From contig JAISXA010000095.1 of assembly GCA_031270685.1 (NCBI GenBank), forward strand, positions 1-52,795: 52,795 bases of DNA, in the 5' to 3' direction. Position 1 is the stretch's first letter; the number at the start of each line of letters is the position of its first letter. A program made the translations under genes and the position numbers. The stretch comes from Planctomycetota bacterium. GTDB taxonomy: Bacteria; Planctomycetota; SZUA-567. Under the pieces are notes generated by a model. It was not told the origin of the DNA. It saw only the letters and a list, made by a program, of their open reading frames with translations, and searched no databases. Below are positions 18,001 through 26,952 of this stretch, piece by piece.

Positions 18001-18186
18001 GGTGTTTCCTCCCTGTCCACAAAAGAAGCTCCCATAAGGGCCGCGCAAGATTCTAACTGGAAGCCAGCGCGGTTTGAAGGCTGCGGAACCGGTTCCACAG
18101 CAACGCCAACAACAACTGCATACAACCGCCGGCCACAAAAAAAAACCGGGGATTGCGGAGAACCGCAACTGCATTTTCCCTCGGAA

Positions 18187-18323
18187 CCGAAGCTTGGCAA
18201 AACGGCGCTTGCACCGCCGCTCGCCGCTGTGCAAAAAAAACGAAGTATGCGCCGCAAGGGTTGTGGTTTTCACCGATTGTGCCTTCGGCGTTTTGAAGGC
18301 CCAATCGGTGAATATCCGGTCAG
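18187..18323 (+). mobile_element. hpMITE-A copy (diverged, stems kept by compensatory changes)
   Basis: Same three-hairpin architecture. Hairpin 3 reads CACCGATTGTGCCTTC-GGCGTTTT-GAAGGCCCAATCGGTG against the consensus CAAATTGGGCATTC-GGCGGTTT-GAATGCCCAATTTG. Confidence 0.7.
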
Positions 18324-18832
18324 AACTCGACAATTCTCGGTTCGCCGGTTCCCGAGAACGAATGAAATCGCGCCGTCGCATCCTTGAGGTACAAAACCTG
18401 GGTGTTGCCGTCGTCCGCGGAATACATGCTCTTCAACTCCGGGTGCGCGTCCAGCAGAAACTGTTTCGCCTCCCTCCTCGGATCGTCGACGGCGACGGCC
18501 TGAACGCGGATCCAGGCGCCTTTGCCGTCGAAGGCGCAAATCTCGATCTTGGGATTGGCGGCCATTTGCTTCGAGACATTCTTGATTTTCCCGGTCTGGA
18601 AATAGAGTCTGCCCTCGAAAATCGCGAGACTCCCAAACGGGCGGACCCTCGGCTGGTCGCCTTCCGCGGTTGCGAGATAGTAGGCGCCGCAGCCTTTCAG
18701 GAAAGCGTAAACTTCCCTCAGCCCGGCGTTTTCATCTCCGGCGTTTACGTTCGCGGCATAAGACGCGCCGCGGGTTCCCGCGAACAACAACGCCAGGGAC
18801 AACGACAAGGCGAGCGCGAATCCCTTTCCCAT
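18320..18832 (-). CDS. pyridoxamine 5'-phosphate oxidase-like (FMN-binding split-barrel) protein with signal peptide
   Basis: GAYYLATAEGDQPRVRPFGS...GRLYFQTGKIKNVSKQMAANPKIEICAF is typical of the PNPOx-like family. N-terminal MGKGFALALSLSLALLFAG looks like a secretion signal. Confidence 0.7.
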   Translation of the reverse strand: MGKGFALALSLSLALLFAGTRGASYAANVNAGDENAGLREVYAFLKGCGAYYLATAEGDQPRVRPFGSLAIFEGRLYFQTGKIKNVSKQMAANPKIEICAFDGKGAWIRVQAVAVDDPRREAKQFLLDAHPELKSMYSADDGNTQVLYLKDATARFHSFSGTGEPRIVEF

Positions 18833-18846
18833 GTTCGATCTCCATT

Positions 18847-19044
18847 GTCAACTTTTGGAGGAAATCGGGCCAACCGTCGCCCGATTTCCTCCAAAGATGT
18901 TACTGCTTACGGGCCAATGAGTTGATTTTTCGTCAGGTCGGGCGATATCGCCGACCTTGCAATAATTCCCGACGGAAAACGGAACCCCAGAAAACTTTGA
19001 AGAGAAACAAACGGCGGTTTGTTTGATTCTCTCCAAAAGTCCAC
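18847..19044 (-). mobile_element. hpMITE-B copy (full)
   Basis: Runs GTCAACTTTTGGAGG ... CTCCAAAAGTCCAC. Perfect TCCATT duplication at 18841-18846 and 19045-19050. Confidence 0.85.
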
Positions 19045-19071
19045 TCCATTGAAAGCCGCCCCGCGGCGGGT

Positions 19072-19851
19072 TCAACCGGCGGCCTGCTCGGGGGGGCGGC
19101 GTTTTTTCCCGTCGTCCCGATCGCGTTTGCCGTCCTTGTCCTTCCACTTCTTGTCGCGAACAAGGCGTCTGCTGTCGCTATTGACGTTTACCCGGTTTTT
19201 ATCAAACGGCTGTTTGTCCTTTTCGGCCGGTTTCTTGTCCTTGGCGGCGTCGTGCTTGACCTCCCCGGAATCCTGGGCCTTGTCCTTGCCGTCCTTGATC
19301 TTTCCGTCATCCGTCTTTTGGGCCGCGTCGTCATCCTGCTCCGCCTGCTTATCCTTCTTGCTCTTGTGTTTTTGTTCAAGCTCGAGTTCGATGTGGTGGC
19401 CGTCCGCGCGGTCCGACGTTTCCTCCAGGTTTTCGCGCCACGCGCCGCGCCTGCGGCGTTGCTCCCGCCGCTCGCGCTCCTGGGCCGCGAGGGTGGCGAG
19501 GATTCGCTCCGCGTCGTCGTGGCGGAGGGAATCGCGGTCGAGCGCGAGGAGAAGCGTCGAGCAGGCCGCCCACGGCGCGGCACGCGGAGCGAAAGACGAG
19601 GCGGCGGATTGGCGGCGGCCGGTTGCGCGTTCGGCAAGCGCTTCGAAATAGCGGTCGGGATCGACGGCGTGCACGGGCAGGCTTATCGGTCCGGATGGCA
19701 GCGCGCTGTCGATGACCGCGCCAGTCCGCCGGAAACCGGCGAAGAGGGAATCGGCGTCCCGCGTAAAGTAATTGGACGAAAAAGCATTCGGAAGCCACAG
19801 CGCCATCGCCGCGGCAATGACTGGCCAGGTACGCGATCCGGGCATCCGCAT
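19072..19851 (-). CDS. secreted hypothetical protein with K/D/E/R-rich low-complexity C-terminal half
   Basis: Signal-like N-terminus VIAAAMALWLPNAFS. The C-terminal 120 aa are dominated by KDK/DDG/RRR runs. Confidence 0.5.
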   Translation of the reverse strand: MRMPGSRTWPVIAAAMALWLPNAFSSNYFTRDADSLFAGFRRTGAVIDSALPSGPISLPVHAVDPDRYFEALAERATGRRQSAASSFAPRAAPWAACSTLLLALDRDSLRHDDAERILATLAAQERERREQRRRRGAWRENLEETSDRADGHHIELELEQKHKSKKDKQAEQDDDAAQKTDDGKIKDGKDKAQDSGEVKHDAAKDKKPAEKDKQPFDKNRVNVNSDSRRLVRDKKWKDKDGKRDRDDGKKRRPPEQAAG

Positions 19852-19896
19852 TCTCCAACTTCATCGCGCGCGACGCAAGCGCTTGGCATGCCGGGA

Positions 19897-19952
19897 GTGG
19901 ACATTGGAAGGAAACCGGACGGCGGTTGACCCGATTTTCTTTGAAAGTCCAC
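19897..19952. mobile_element. hpMITE-B solo hairpin-B unit (56 bp)
   Basis: GTGGACATTGGAAGGAAACCGGAC-GGCGGTTG-ACCCGATTTTCTTTGAAAGTCCAC, flanked by a CGGGA duplication (19892-19896 and 19953-19957). Confidence 0.8.
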
Positions 19953-20006
19953 CGGGAGAAACCGATTATATTCGCCGGCGGGAAATTGTCAAGGCAAAAA
20001 CCGCCG

Positions 20007-21338
20007 TCAAGCCTTGACCACGCGCGCGCGGACCGCGTCCACGTCGGCCATGGCGTTTCTGGCGTCGACGATCAGGCGGGCGGATTCGCCGAGCAGGCGG
20101 TAATCCACCCCGCTGTGGGCGGCGGCCACCACCACGGCGTCGTATTCGGCGAGGGCGGCCGGTTTCAAGGAGACCGATTTCAGCTCCTTGCCGTCCGGGC
20201 CCCGGCCGGGGAGGCGGGGAACGTGCGGATCGTGGTACTCCGTCCGCGCGCCGTATTTTATGAACAGGTCGAACAGCCTCAGGCCGGCGCTTTCGCGGAC
20301 ATCGTCGATGTCCTTCTTGTAGGCGACGCCAAGAACGAGGATGCGGCTTCCGTTGAGGCTTTTCCGTTCGCGGTTAAGTTCCTCGGCGGTGCGCTTCAAC
20401 ACGTATTCCGGCATCGCCGCGTTGATCTCGCCCGCCAGCTCGATGAACCGGGTGGGCTGGCCGTATTCGCGCGCCTTCCAGGCGAGGTAATACGGATCGA
20501 CGGGGATGCAGTGTCCGCCGGGTCCCGGCCCCGGATAAAACGGCATGTAGCCGAAAGGCTTCGACGCGGCGGCGGCGACAACCTCCCAGATGTCGATGCC
20601 CATGCCGGCGAACACGGCCTTCAATTCGTTGACCAGCCCGATGTTGACGGAGCGGAAAATGTTTTCCATCAGCTTCGCCGCCTCGGCGGCCTCGGGCGAG
20701 GATACCGGCACCACCTTGGGGACGATGAACCCGTACAGCCGGCCGGCCAGTTCCAGGCAGCGGGGAGTGATCCCTCCCACCACCTTGGGGACGTTCGCGG
20801 CGCCATGGCCGGCGCGGCCGGGATCCTCGCGCTCCGGGGAATAAACCAGGAAGACGTCCCGCCCGACCTTGAGGCCGGTACGCACGATGAACGGCAGGAC
20901 CACTTCGCGGGTGGTGCCGGGATAGGTCGTGGATTCGAGGGCGACCAGTTGCCCGGGCCGCAAATTGGAGGCGACTGCCACGGACGCCTCGATTACGTGG
21001 CTGATGTCGGGTTCGCGTTGGGGCGTGAGCGGGGTCGGGACGGCGAGGATGATCGCGTCGGCGAGGGCCAGGTCCCGCATGTCGGCGCATCCCCGCCCGC
21101 CGGCGTCCTTGACCGCGCGGACATCGGCGGCCGGAATGTGCCGGATATAGCGCCTGCCCGCGTTGATGGCGGAGATTTTCCGCCGGTCGCGGTCGAAGCA
21201 CAACGTCTTGAATCCCGCCTTCGAGAAGGACGCGGCGAGCGGCAGGCCGACGTAGCCCATGCCGACGATGCCCACCACCGCTTCCCTGGACGCTATTTTC
21301 CGCGCCAATTCGTCGGCGCAGTTCCGGCTTTGTGACAT
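20007..21338 (-). CDS. nucleotide-sugar dehydrogenase (UDP-GlcNAc/UDP-ManNAc 6-dehydrogenase family)
   Basis: N-terminal Rossmann motif VGIVGMGYVGLPLA, the catalytic Cys region GGHCIPVDP, and a length of 443 aa. Confidence 0.9.
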   Translation of the reverse strand: MSQSRNCADELARKIASREAVVGIVGMGYVGLPLAASFSKAGFKTLCFDRDRRKISAINAGRRYIRHIPAADVRAVKDAGGRGCADMRDLALADAIILAVPTPLTPQREPDISHVIEASVAVASNLRPGQLVALESTTYPGTTREVVLPFIVRTGLKVGRDVFLVYSPEREDPGRAGHGAANVPKVVGGITPRCLELAGRLYGFIVPKVVPVSSPEAAEAAKLMENIFRSVNIGLVNELKAVFAGMGIDIWEVVAAAASKPFGYMPFYPGPGPGGHCIPVDPYYLAWKAREYGQPTRFIELAGEINAAMPEYVLKRTAEELNRERKSLNGSRILVLGVAYKKDIDDVRESAGLRLFDLFIKYGARTEYHDPHVPRLPGRGPDGKELKSVSLKPAALAEYDAVVVAAAHSGVDYRLLGESARLIVDARNAMADVDAVRARVVKA

Positions 21339-21470
21339 GATGCCGCCGCCCTCCCCAAGCGCTTTCCGTGACCGCGATGCCCCGCATGATACGCGTTTCG
21401 GCCCGGAAAGGCAACGCTGGTCAATGGCGGCATTCCTCCACGAATGCGGCCATGCTCATGGCCTTCATGC

Positions 21471-22499
21471 TCATGGCCTTGCGAGCAGATCCAGGGCCGC
21501 CCGCGTCACCCGGTCGACGCCGAGCGCCAGCATGGCGGCCTGGTCGAGGCGGCGCCGCTCGCGCGTGGATCCGGGCAAGGCGAGACGTTCGTGCACGACC
21601 GCGCCGCGCGGACCGTACGGTCCGAGGCGGGCGGGGTCGGTGACGCCGAACAGGCCGAGCGTCCGGCAGCCGACGCCGGCGGCGGCGTGCATGGGAAACG
21701 AATCGCAGCCGACGAACAGGCGTGCCCGCCGCGCCAGTTCCGCCACGCCGGGGATCGACAGGTCGGGCGCGGGGAAGAGATCGCCGGACGCGCCGGCGGC
21801 GAGGCGTTCGACCGCGCCGCGCTCTTCCGGGCCGTGGCCGAGGACCAGGCTCGGCCAGCCGGTTTTTTCGCGCAACAGGGCGGCGAGCCGGCCGAACCGC
21901 GCCAGTGGCCAGCGTTTGGCGGCGAAACTGCCCCAGGGGCCGAGAAGGATGAAGCCGTCCCCGCCGGCGCGCGCCGCGACGAAAGCGTCGATAGCCTGTT
22001 TCTCCCGGTCCGGGCAGGGAGGGAAAACGAACTCCGCCGCGCCGGGATCCGCTTCGCCGATACCGACCAGAAGCGACCGCACCTTGTCGACGACATGCGT
22101 TCCCGTGGGCCGCACCAGCCGGTTGTCGAGCCAGGGCGCGAGCTCGCGGCCCTCGCCCCTTTCGAATCCGATCCGCGTCCGCGCCCCGGAAAGGCGGGCG
22201 GCTATGGCGCTCTTGGCCAGGCCCTGAACGTCGAAGGCGATGTCGAAGCGTTCGGCCGCGAGCGCCCGGCGCGCCGCCAATACGGCGGAAAGCGATTTCA
22301 GCCAACCCCGGGGAAGGATGTGGCGCCAGTCCACAAGGGGATTGCCGACAATGAGCGGAGCGGACGGCGCTTCCGCGATCCAGCCGAGACGGCAGCCGGG
22401 ATGCAGCCTTTTCAGCGCGGCCGCCAGCGGCAGCGCGTGAATTGTGTCGCCGATGGACGAAAGCCTGACGATGAGGAAACGCTCAGTGTTTTGGCCCAT
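21471..22499 (-). CDS. glycosyltransferase family 9 (ADP-heptose:LPS heptosyltransferase)
   Basis: RFLIVRLSSIGDTIHALPLAAALK N-terminus and C-terminal GCDSFPMHAAAGVG, typical of WaaC/WaaF. Confidence 0.85.
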   Translation of the reverse strand: MGQNTERFLIVRLSSIGDTIHALPLAAALKRLHPGCRLGWIAEAPSAPLIVGNPLVDWRHILPRGWLKSLSAVLAARRALAAERFDIAFDVQGLAKSAIAARLSGARTRIGFERGEGRELAPWLDNRLVRPTGTHVVDKVRSLLVGIGEADPGAAEFVFPPCPDREKQAIDAFVAARAGGDGFILLGPWGSFAAKRWPLARFGRLAALLREKTGWPSLVLGHGPEERGAVERLAAGASGDLFPAPDLSIPGVAELARRARLFVGCDSFPMHAAAGVGCRTLGLFGVTDPARLGPYGPRGAVVHERLALPGSTRERRRLDQAAMLALGVDRVTRAALDLLARP

Positions 22500-22519
22500 A
22501 TCCCCTTTTCAGTGTATAG

Positions 22520-22653
22520 CTGAAGTTTTGCAAAGCGGCGATTAAACCGCCAATCGCCGCTTTGCAAAAATCAAAACCGCTTGTGCCGCGAGGATCGTGA
22601 TTTTTACAAATTGGGCATTCGGCGGTTTGAATGTCCAATTTGCAAAACTCCAG
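22520..22653 (+). mobile_element. hpMITE-A copy (full, reference copy)
   Basis: CTGAAGTTTTGCAAAGCGGCGATT-AAACCGCC-AATCGCCGCTTTGCAAAA ... CAAATTGGGCATTC-GGCGGTTT-GAATGTCCAATTTGCAAAACTCCAG. Sits between the der stop and the GT9 gene start. Confidence 0.85.
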
Positions 22654-24009
22654 TTATGCGTATCTTCCCACTTCTTTTTCCGAGCTGGTCTTGAACAGCA
22701 GCCGAAGCGGGATTTCGGGATAGTCCAGGCCGAAACGGAGCCGGCCCGCCAGGTAGCGCTGGTAATTGCCGTCGAACTGCGAGGGATTGTTGACGAAAAG
22801 GAGGAAGGTCGGCGGAGAAACCCCGACCTGGGTCGCGTAGTAGATTTTCCCGAGCTTTCCGCCTTTGGCGCGGGGAGCCCTCTTCTTCAGGGCCGCTTCC
22901 ACCGCCGCGTTGACTGCGGCGGTGGAGGTCTTCCGCGCGCCCTGTGCGACCAGTTCGAGGACGGATTCGACCACCTGCCAGGCGTTGTCGCCCTCCTTCG
23001 CGGAAAGAGCCGCCAGACGCGCGAACGAAAGGCCGGGAAGCCGGTCGCCGACGTATTTGGCGAACGCGTCCAGGGCGAGGCCCGGGCTTTTCCCGGTCAC
23101 GAGATCCCATTTGTTCAAGGCGATCAGGCAGGGCTTGTAGTTTTCGAGGATAAACGCGCCGATCCGCTGGTCGACCTTGCCGATCTCCCCGGTCGCGTCG
23201 AGCATCAGCGCCACGGCGTCGGCGCGGCGCACGGCGCGCTCGGTGCGCATCTGGCCGAAGAATTCCAGCGCATCATCCATCCGGCCGCGTTTGCGCAGAC
23301 CAGCGGTGTCGATAAGCGTGAAGGCGAGACCGTCACGGCGGACGGCTATGTCCAGCGAATCGCGGGTGGTGCCGGGGGCGTCGGAGACGATGACGCGTTC
23401 CATGCCGGCGATCCGGTTGACGAAGGTCGATTTGCCGACATTGCGGCGGCCGACGACGGCGATCTTCGGGAGGGCGCGGACATCGCCCTCCGCCGCGCTC
23501 CCGGCGTCCTCCGCCGGCAGGAGTTCGAGGATGGCCTGCTCCAGATCGGCGAGGCCTCGATTCTGCTTGGCGCTGACCGGCAACGCGTCGCCGAAGCCGA
23601 GGGCGTGGAAGCTGGGCAACGCGTCCTCGATGCGCTGGGTGTCGACTTTCGCGGCGACGAGCAGCGCCTTCCTGCCGGAGCGGCGCAGCTTGTCCGCCAC
23701 CTCCCGATCAAGGGGGGTGATGCCGTCGCGGCTGTCGACGAGGAAAACGAGGACGTCGGCCGCGCCGATGGCGAGATCGATCTGGCGCTCCACCAGCTTT
23801 TCCAGCTTTTGGCTGTCCACGACGCCGATGCCGCCGGTGTCGACGAGGTCGAAGATCCGGTCCCCGACGGCGAGCGGGTAGAGCACGCGGTCGCGGGTGG
23901 CGCCCGGCGTATCGGCCTCGATCGCGATCCGCGATCCGGCGAGGGCGTTGAACAGCGTCGATTTGCCCACGTTCGGGCGGCCGACTATGGCGACTGAGGA
24001 ATGGGGCAC
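22654..24009 (-). CDS. der: ribosome-associated GTPase Der (EngA), double GTPase domain
   Basis: Two G domains (GRPNVGKSTLFN and GRRNVGKSTFVN) plus a KH-like C-terminus. Start proposed at GTG 24009 (VPHSSVAIVGRPNVGKS). The track ORF extends to 24144 and would overlap the upstream gene. Confidence 0.9.
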   Translation of the reverse strand: MPHSSVAIVGRPNVGKSTLFNALAGSRIAIEADTPGATRDRVLYPLAVGDRIFDLVDTGGIGVVDSQKLEKLVERQIDLAIGAADVLVFLVDSRDGITPLDREVADKLRRSGRKALLVAAKVDTQRIEDALPSFHALGFGDALPVSAKQNRGLADLEQAILELLPAEDAGSAAEGDVRALPKIAVVGRRNVGKSTFVNRIAGMERVIVSDAPGTTRDSLDIAVRRDGLAFTLIDTAGLRKRGRMDDALEFFGQMRTERAVRRADAVALMLDATGEIGKVDQRIGAFILENYKPCLIALNKWDLVTGKSPGLALDAFAKYVGDRLPGLSFARLAALSAKEGDNAWQVVESVLELVAQGARKTSTAAVNAAVEAALKKRAPRAKGGKLGKIYYATQVGVSPPTFLLFVNNPSQFDGNYQRYLAGRLRFGLDYPEIPLRLLFKTSSEKEVGRYA

Positions 24010-24046
24010 GGGGTTTGCGCTTTCATTTTTCCCGGCGCCGGCCGGG

Positions 24047-25903
24047 TCACCAGGCCGGAACGGCGGATTTGAGTTGGCTCGCCCACGAATAGGCCCAGGC
24101 GAGAACCAGCGGATTGGACGCCACCAGGCGGTCGAACAGGACAACGGTCAGGCCGTGGATGCCGATCGGGCTGTAGGCCTGGAGGGAGATGCCTTGGGGA
24201 TGGTTGCGGATTCCCAGCGCCACACCGAACATTTTCGGCACGATCGCCGAGGCCGGAGGCAGCAACCCGGTGTCGACGGGGTAGTGCGACGACCCCGCCC
24301 AGAGCGACGCCAGCGGGAGCAGCGTATTGTACGCCCTGCGGTACGCGGTCCCGGCGGCCGTGTAATAAAACATGGAATAGTTGCCTTCCAGCCCCGCCAT
24401 GGCCTTGCGGAAATCGGCGTCGTTCGCGAGGGATTCCCGCGCCGCCGCGGCCTCTTGGATGAGCGATACGATCGCTTGCGGGAACGAGGCGGCATAGAGC
24501 ACTCCCCGCCCGGGGGTTTGGGCCCTGGGAATGAGGCAGAAGGCGGGAGCGGCGGGCAGATCCAGGCCGGAAAACTGGTTGAAATAACGGACCTGGTACT
24601 TGCCCACCGCCGCCGAGCGGAACTTCGCGCCGGCGTTCCGCTCCATGTGGGTTATTATCCGCTCGAATCCCTGGATGTCCACGTTGTTGAACAGGAGGAC
24701 CATGGCGTCGTCATGCGGGCGGATCGCCAGGTCGCTGCCGAGAACGCGCGCGATTTCGCCCACCGGCACGCCGAGAACCGTCTTGTCGGAGATGAGGGAG
24801 GCGATCCCCCCCGGTCTCGCGACGCCGCCGACCGCGTCCGCGAAATACGGAATCTCGTCGAGAAAAGCGGGGACGTCCAGCCGCAGCGCGGCGAATCCCC
24901 CGGTCTCCGCCGGCGTCGCCTGGGCGAACGCCTCCATGCCGGCGGTGGCGTCCGGCGGCATGGATGCGAGCGCCGAAAGAAGACCGCTGCGTTCGCCCGG
25001 CCAGTGAAGATACAGATTGTGCCGGATGCCTTCTCCGCGATAGCTTCCGGAAAGGCCCAGTCCCTGGGCGGTCGAAACGCCGAGGGAATCGAGGATTCTC
25101 CCCGCGGCGCCGAGGTTGGACACGTCGAGGAGCGGCAGCAGGCGCGCGATGTTGACGAAGGTGAACGCCGCGCCCGGCGAGGCTTCGGCTCCCCGGAGGC
25201 AGGCCTGGTAGAGGGGCTGGCTGGAAAGGGCGGCCTGGGGGTTCGCCAACGAGTCGAGAAGGCCGCGGATGCCTTCGGCGCCCCGGCCGTTGTGGTAGAG
25301 GATCATGCGCCCGACGACCGTCATCCTGATGTCGGGGCCGATCCGGAGCAGCGGCGGATAGCCGGGAATAATCTCCTCCTGGGCGATGGTTCGGATGGGG
25401 GTGTTGGGGTCCAGACCCTGGCTTTCGAGAGCCAACCGTATCACCTCGCGGCGATTGAGCATGTTCCCGACCGCCTGAAAAACCAGGTTGCGGTCGGGTT
25501 CGAAAGGCAGGGCGATGCAGGCCGCGAACTCGGGCGCCGGCCTGCCCTCGCGGTCGAGAGTCACCTTGAGCAGCGCGAAACCGAAACGGCCGTTGAGGAT
25601 GGCGGCCGCGAGGTCGGGGCCGACGCCGGCGCCGGCCGCCAGATCCATCGCGAATTCCTGGCGCGAACGCTCGAGACTTTGAAAAAAGGCGACCGCCTCC
25701 GGCATGGCGGCGAGCGAACGGAGCAGGCTGTTTCGATACTCGTATTCCAAAGCGCGCTCGTCGGGAGGGACGAGGCAGGCGATGGTCGAGGCGGGCAGAA
25801 GGTCGGGGAAGGTTATTTCGGCCGCGCGGCAGGAGGGCCCGGCGGACAACGCCGCCGCGAGCAGCGCGGCGAAAAGGCGAAGCGTCCTGATCGACGTTTT
25901 CAT
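24047..25903 (-). CDS. secreted hypothetical protein (618 aa)
   Basis: Signal peptide MKTSIRTLRLFAALLAAALSAGPSCRA and balanced composition. No motif recognised. Confidence 0.65.
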   Translation of the reverse strand: MKTSIRTLRLFAALLAAALSAGPSCRAAEITFPDLLPASTIACLVPPDERALEYEYRNSLLRSLAAMPEAVAFFQSLERSRQEFAMDLAAGAGVGPDLAAAILNGRFGFALLKVTLDREGRPAPEFAACIALPFEPDRNLVFQAVGNMLNRREVIRLALESQGLDPNTPIRTIAQEEIIPGYPPLLRIGPDIRMTVVGRMILYHNGRGAEGIRGLLDSLANPQAALSSQPLYQACLRGAEASPGAAFTFVNIARLLPLLDVSNLGAAGRILDSLGVSTAQGLGLSGSYRGEGIRHNLYLHWPGERSGLLSALASMPPDATAGMEAFAQATPAETGGFAALRLDVPAFLDEIPYFADAVGGVARPGGIASLISDKTVLGVPVGEIARVLGSDLAIRPHDDAMVLLFNNVDIQGFERIITHMERNAGAKFRSAAVGKYQVRYFNQFSGLDLPAAPAFCLIPRAQTPGRGVLYAASFPQAIVSLIQEAAAARESLANDADFRKAMAGLEGNYSMFYYTAAGTAYRRAYNTLLPLASLWAGSSHYPVDTGLLPPASAIVPKMFGVALGIRNHPQGISLQAYSPIGIHGLTVVLFDRLVASNPLVLAWAYSWASQLKSAVPAW

Positions 25904-25946
25904 GGCTCCGATCGGTCCTTGCTGGTCATGCGGCGAACCTGGCCGG

Positions 25947-26660
25947 TCACTCGGCCGTGGACGGTTCCGCGCGCAGGGCTTGCGCCAGTTTTTCGCCGGC
26001 GTCGCGTATGGCGGCGGTCACCGCGGTGGATGTTATCGTCGAGGCGGTGATCGCGTCGAGATCGCCGCCGCGCTTTTTCAGGAGCAGGTTGTCCGGCAAC
26101 CGCCCGCGGAACTGCCGCTGGAAGGAGGTCGCCGTGTCGGGATCGGGAGGGGGCGTCTCGCCCTTGACGAACTGCAGCCAGGTGAACGGCGGTCTCCGGT
26201 CCTTCACCCGTTCGCCGAGGCCGGGCGTCTCCTCGCTCGAAAGCACCGAAAAACCGACTATGTAATGTCCCCGCTCGCCGGCGGCGGGCAGCCGGTCCGC
26301 GCCGACGTAACCGGCCAAAAGGTCGCGCGCGTCAAGTCCGGACGCGGTGAAGCCGACCATGAGCGCGATCGGGGAGGCGGAATTGTAGCCCGCCGCCTCG
26401 CCCCGCGCCGCGTAATACGCCGGCTTTTCGGGGGCGGCGGGGTCGTGGAGCGCGACGACGCCGTCGGAAATCTCCCGCGGGGTCATTCCTTCCCCGCCGA
26501 AACTCCCGAGAAAGAAGATGTTTTTCAGGGCCTTGGCCCGCTCTTCCCTCTCCCGCACCTGAATGACCGGGAAGGTGACGCGATAGGTGGCGGCGAGCAA
26601 CCCGGCGGCGATCCCCGAAACCAGCGCAAGCGATACGACCAGGCGGCGGTAGAATTCCAT
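25947..26660 (-). CDS. membrane-anchored FMN-binding-domain protein (RnfG/NqrC-like)
   Basis: N-terminal TM, then C-terminal LDAITASTITSTAVTAAI resembling the flavinylation motif (S/T-G-A-T) of FMN_bind domains. Confidence 0.65.
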   Translation of the reverse strand: MEFYRRLVVSLALVSGIAAGLLAATYRVTFPVIQVREREERAKALKNIFFLGSFGGEGMTPREISDGVVALHDPAAPEKPAYYAARGEAAGYNSASPIALMVGFTASGLDARDLLAGYVGADRLPAAGERGHYIVGFSVLSSEETPGLGERVKDRRPPFTWLQFVKGETPPPDPDTATSFQRQFRGRLPDNLLLKKRGGDLDAITASTITSTAVTAAIRDAGEKLAQALRAEPSTAE

Positions 26661-26754
26661 GGCACTCCCGCACTAACGGCTTTTCCAGGAAACCGGTTCA
26701 CTCTCCTTCATCATACCGCGCCGACGATTGGTGGCAAGGAATTTCATCTCACGA

Positions 26755-26854
26755 CCGAAGTTTTGCGAAAATCAAAAACGCTTATGCCGCAAGGATCGTG
26801 ATTTTTACAAATTGGGCATTCGGCGGTTTGAACGCCCAATTTGCAAAAGTCCAG
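26755..26854 (+). mobile_element. hpMITE-A copy lacking hairpin 1
   Basis: There is a precise deletion between the two TTTGCAAA arms of hairpin 1. Flanks are TCACGA / TCATGA (5 of 6 identical). Confidence 0.8.
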
Positions 26855-26952
26855 TCATGATTCCGATTCCGGCCGGTTTTTGGTTGTGAATCATGGCCGC
26901 TTGTCCATAATTCGCCGGAGACGCGGATCCGGGAGAAAGGGAGGCATAGCCA

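Noticed and set aside
24010-24144. A 45-codon N-terminal extension of der.
   Set aside because: It would overlap the end of the upstream 618-aa gene by about 100 nt, and its sequence is Pro/Arg/Gly-rich. Der family proteins begin a few residues before the first GxxxxGKS, which fits GTG 24009.
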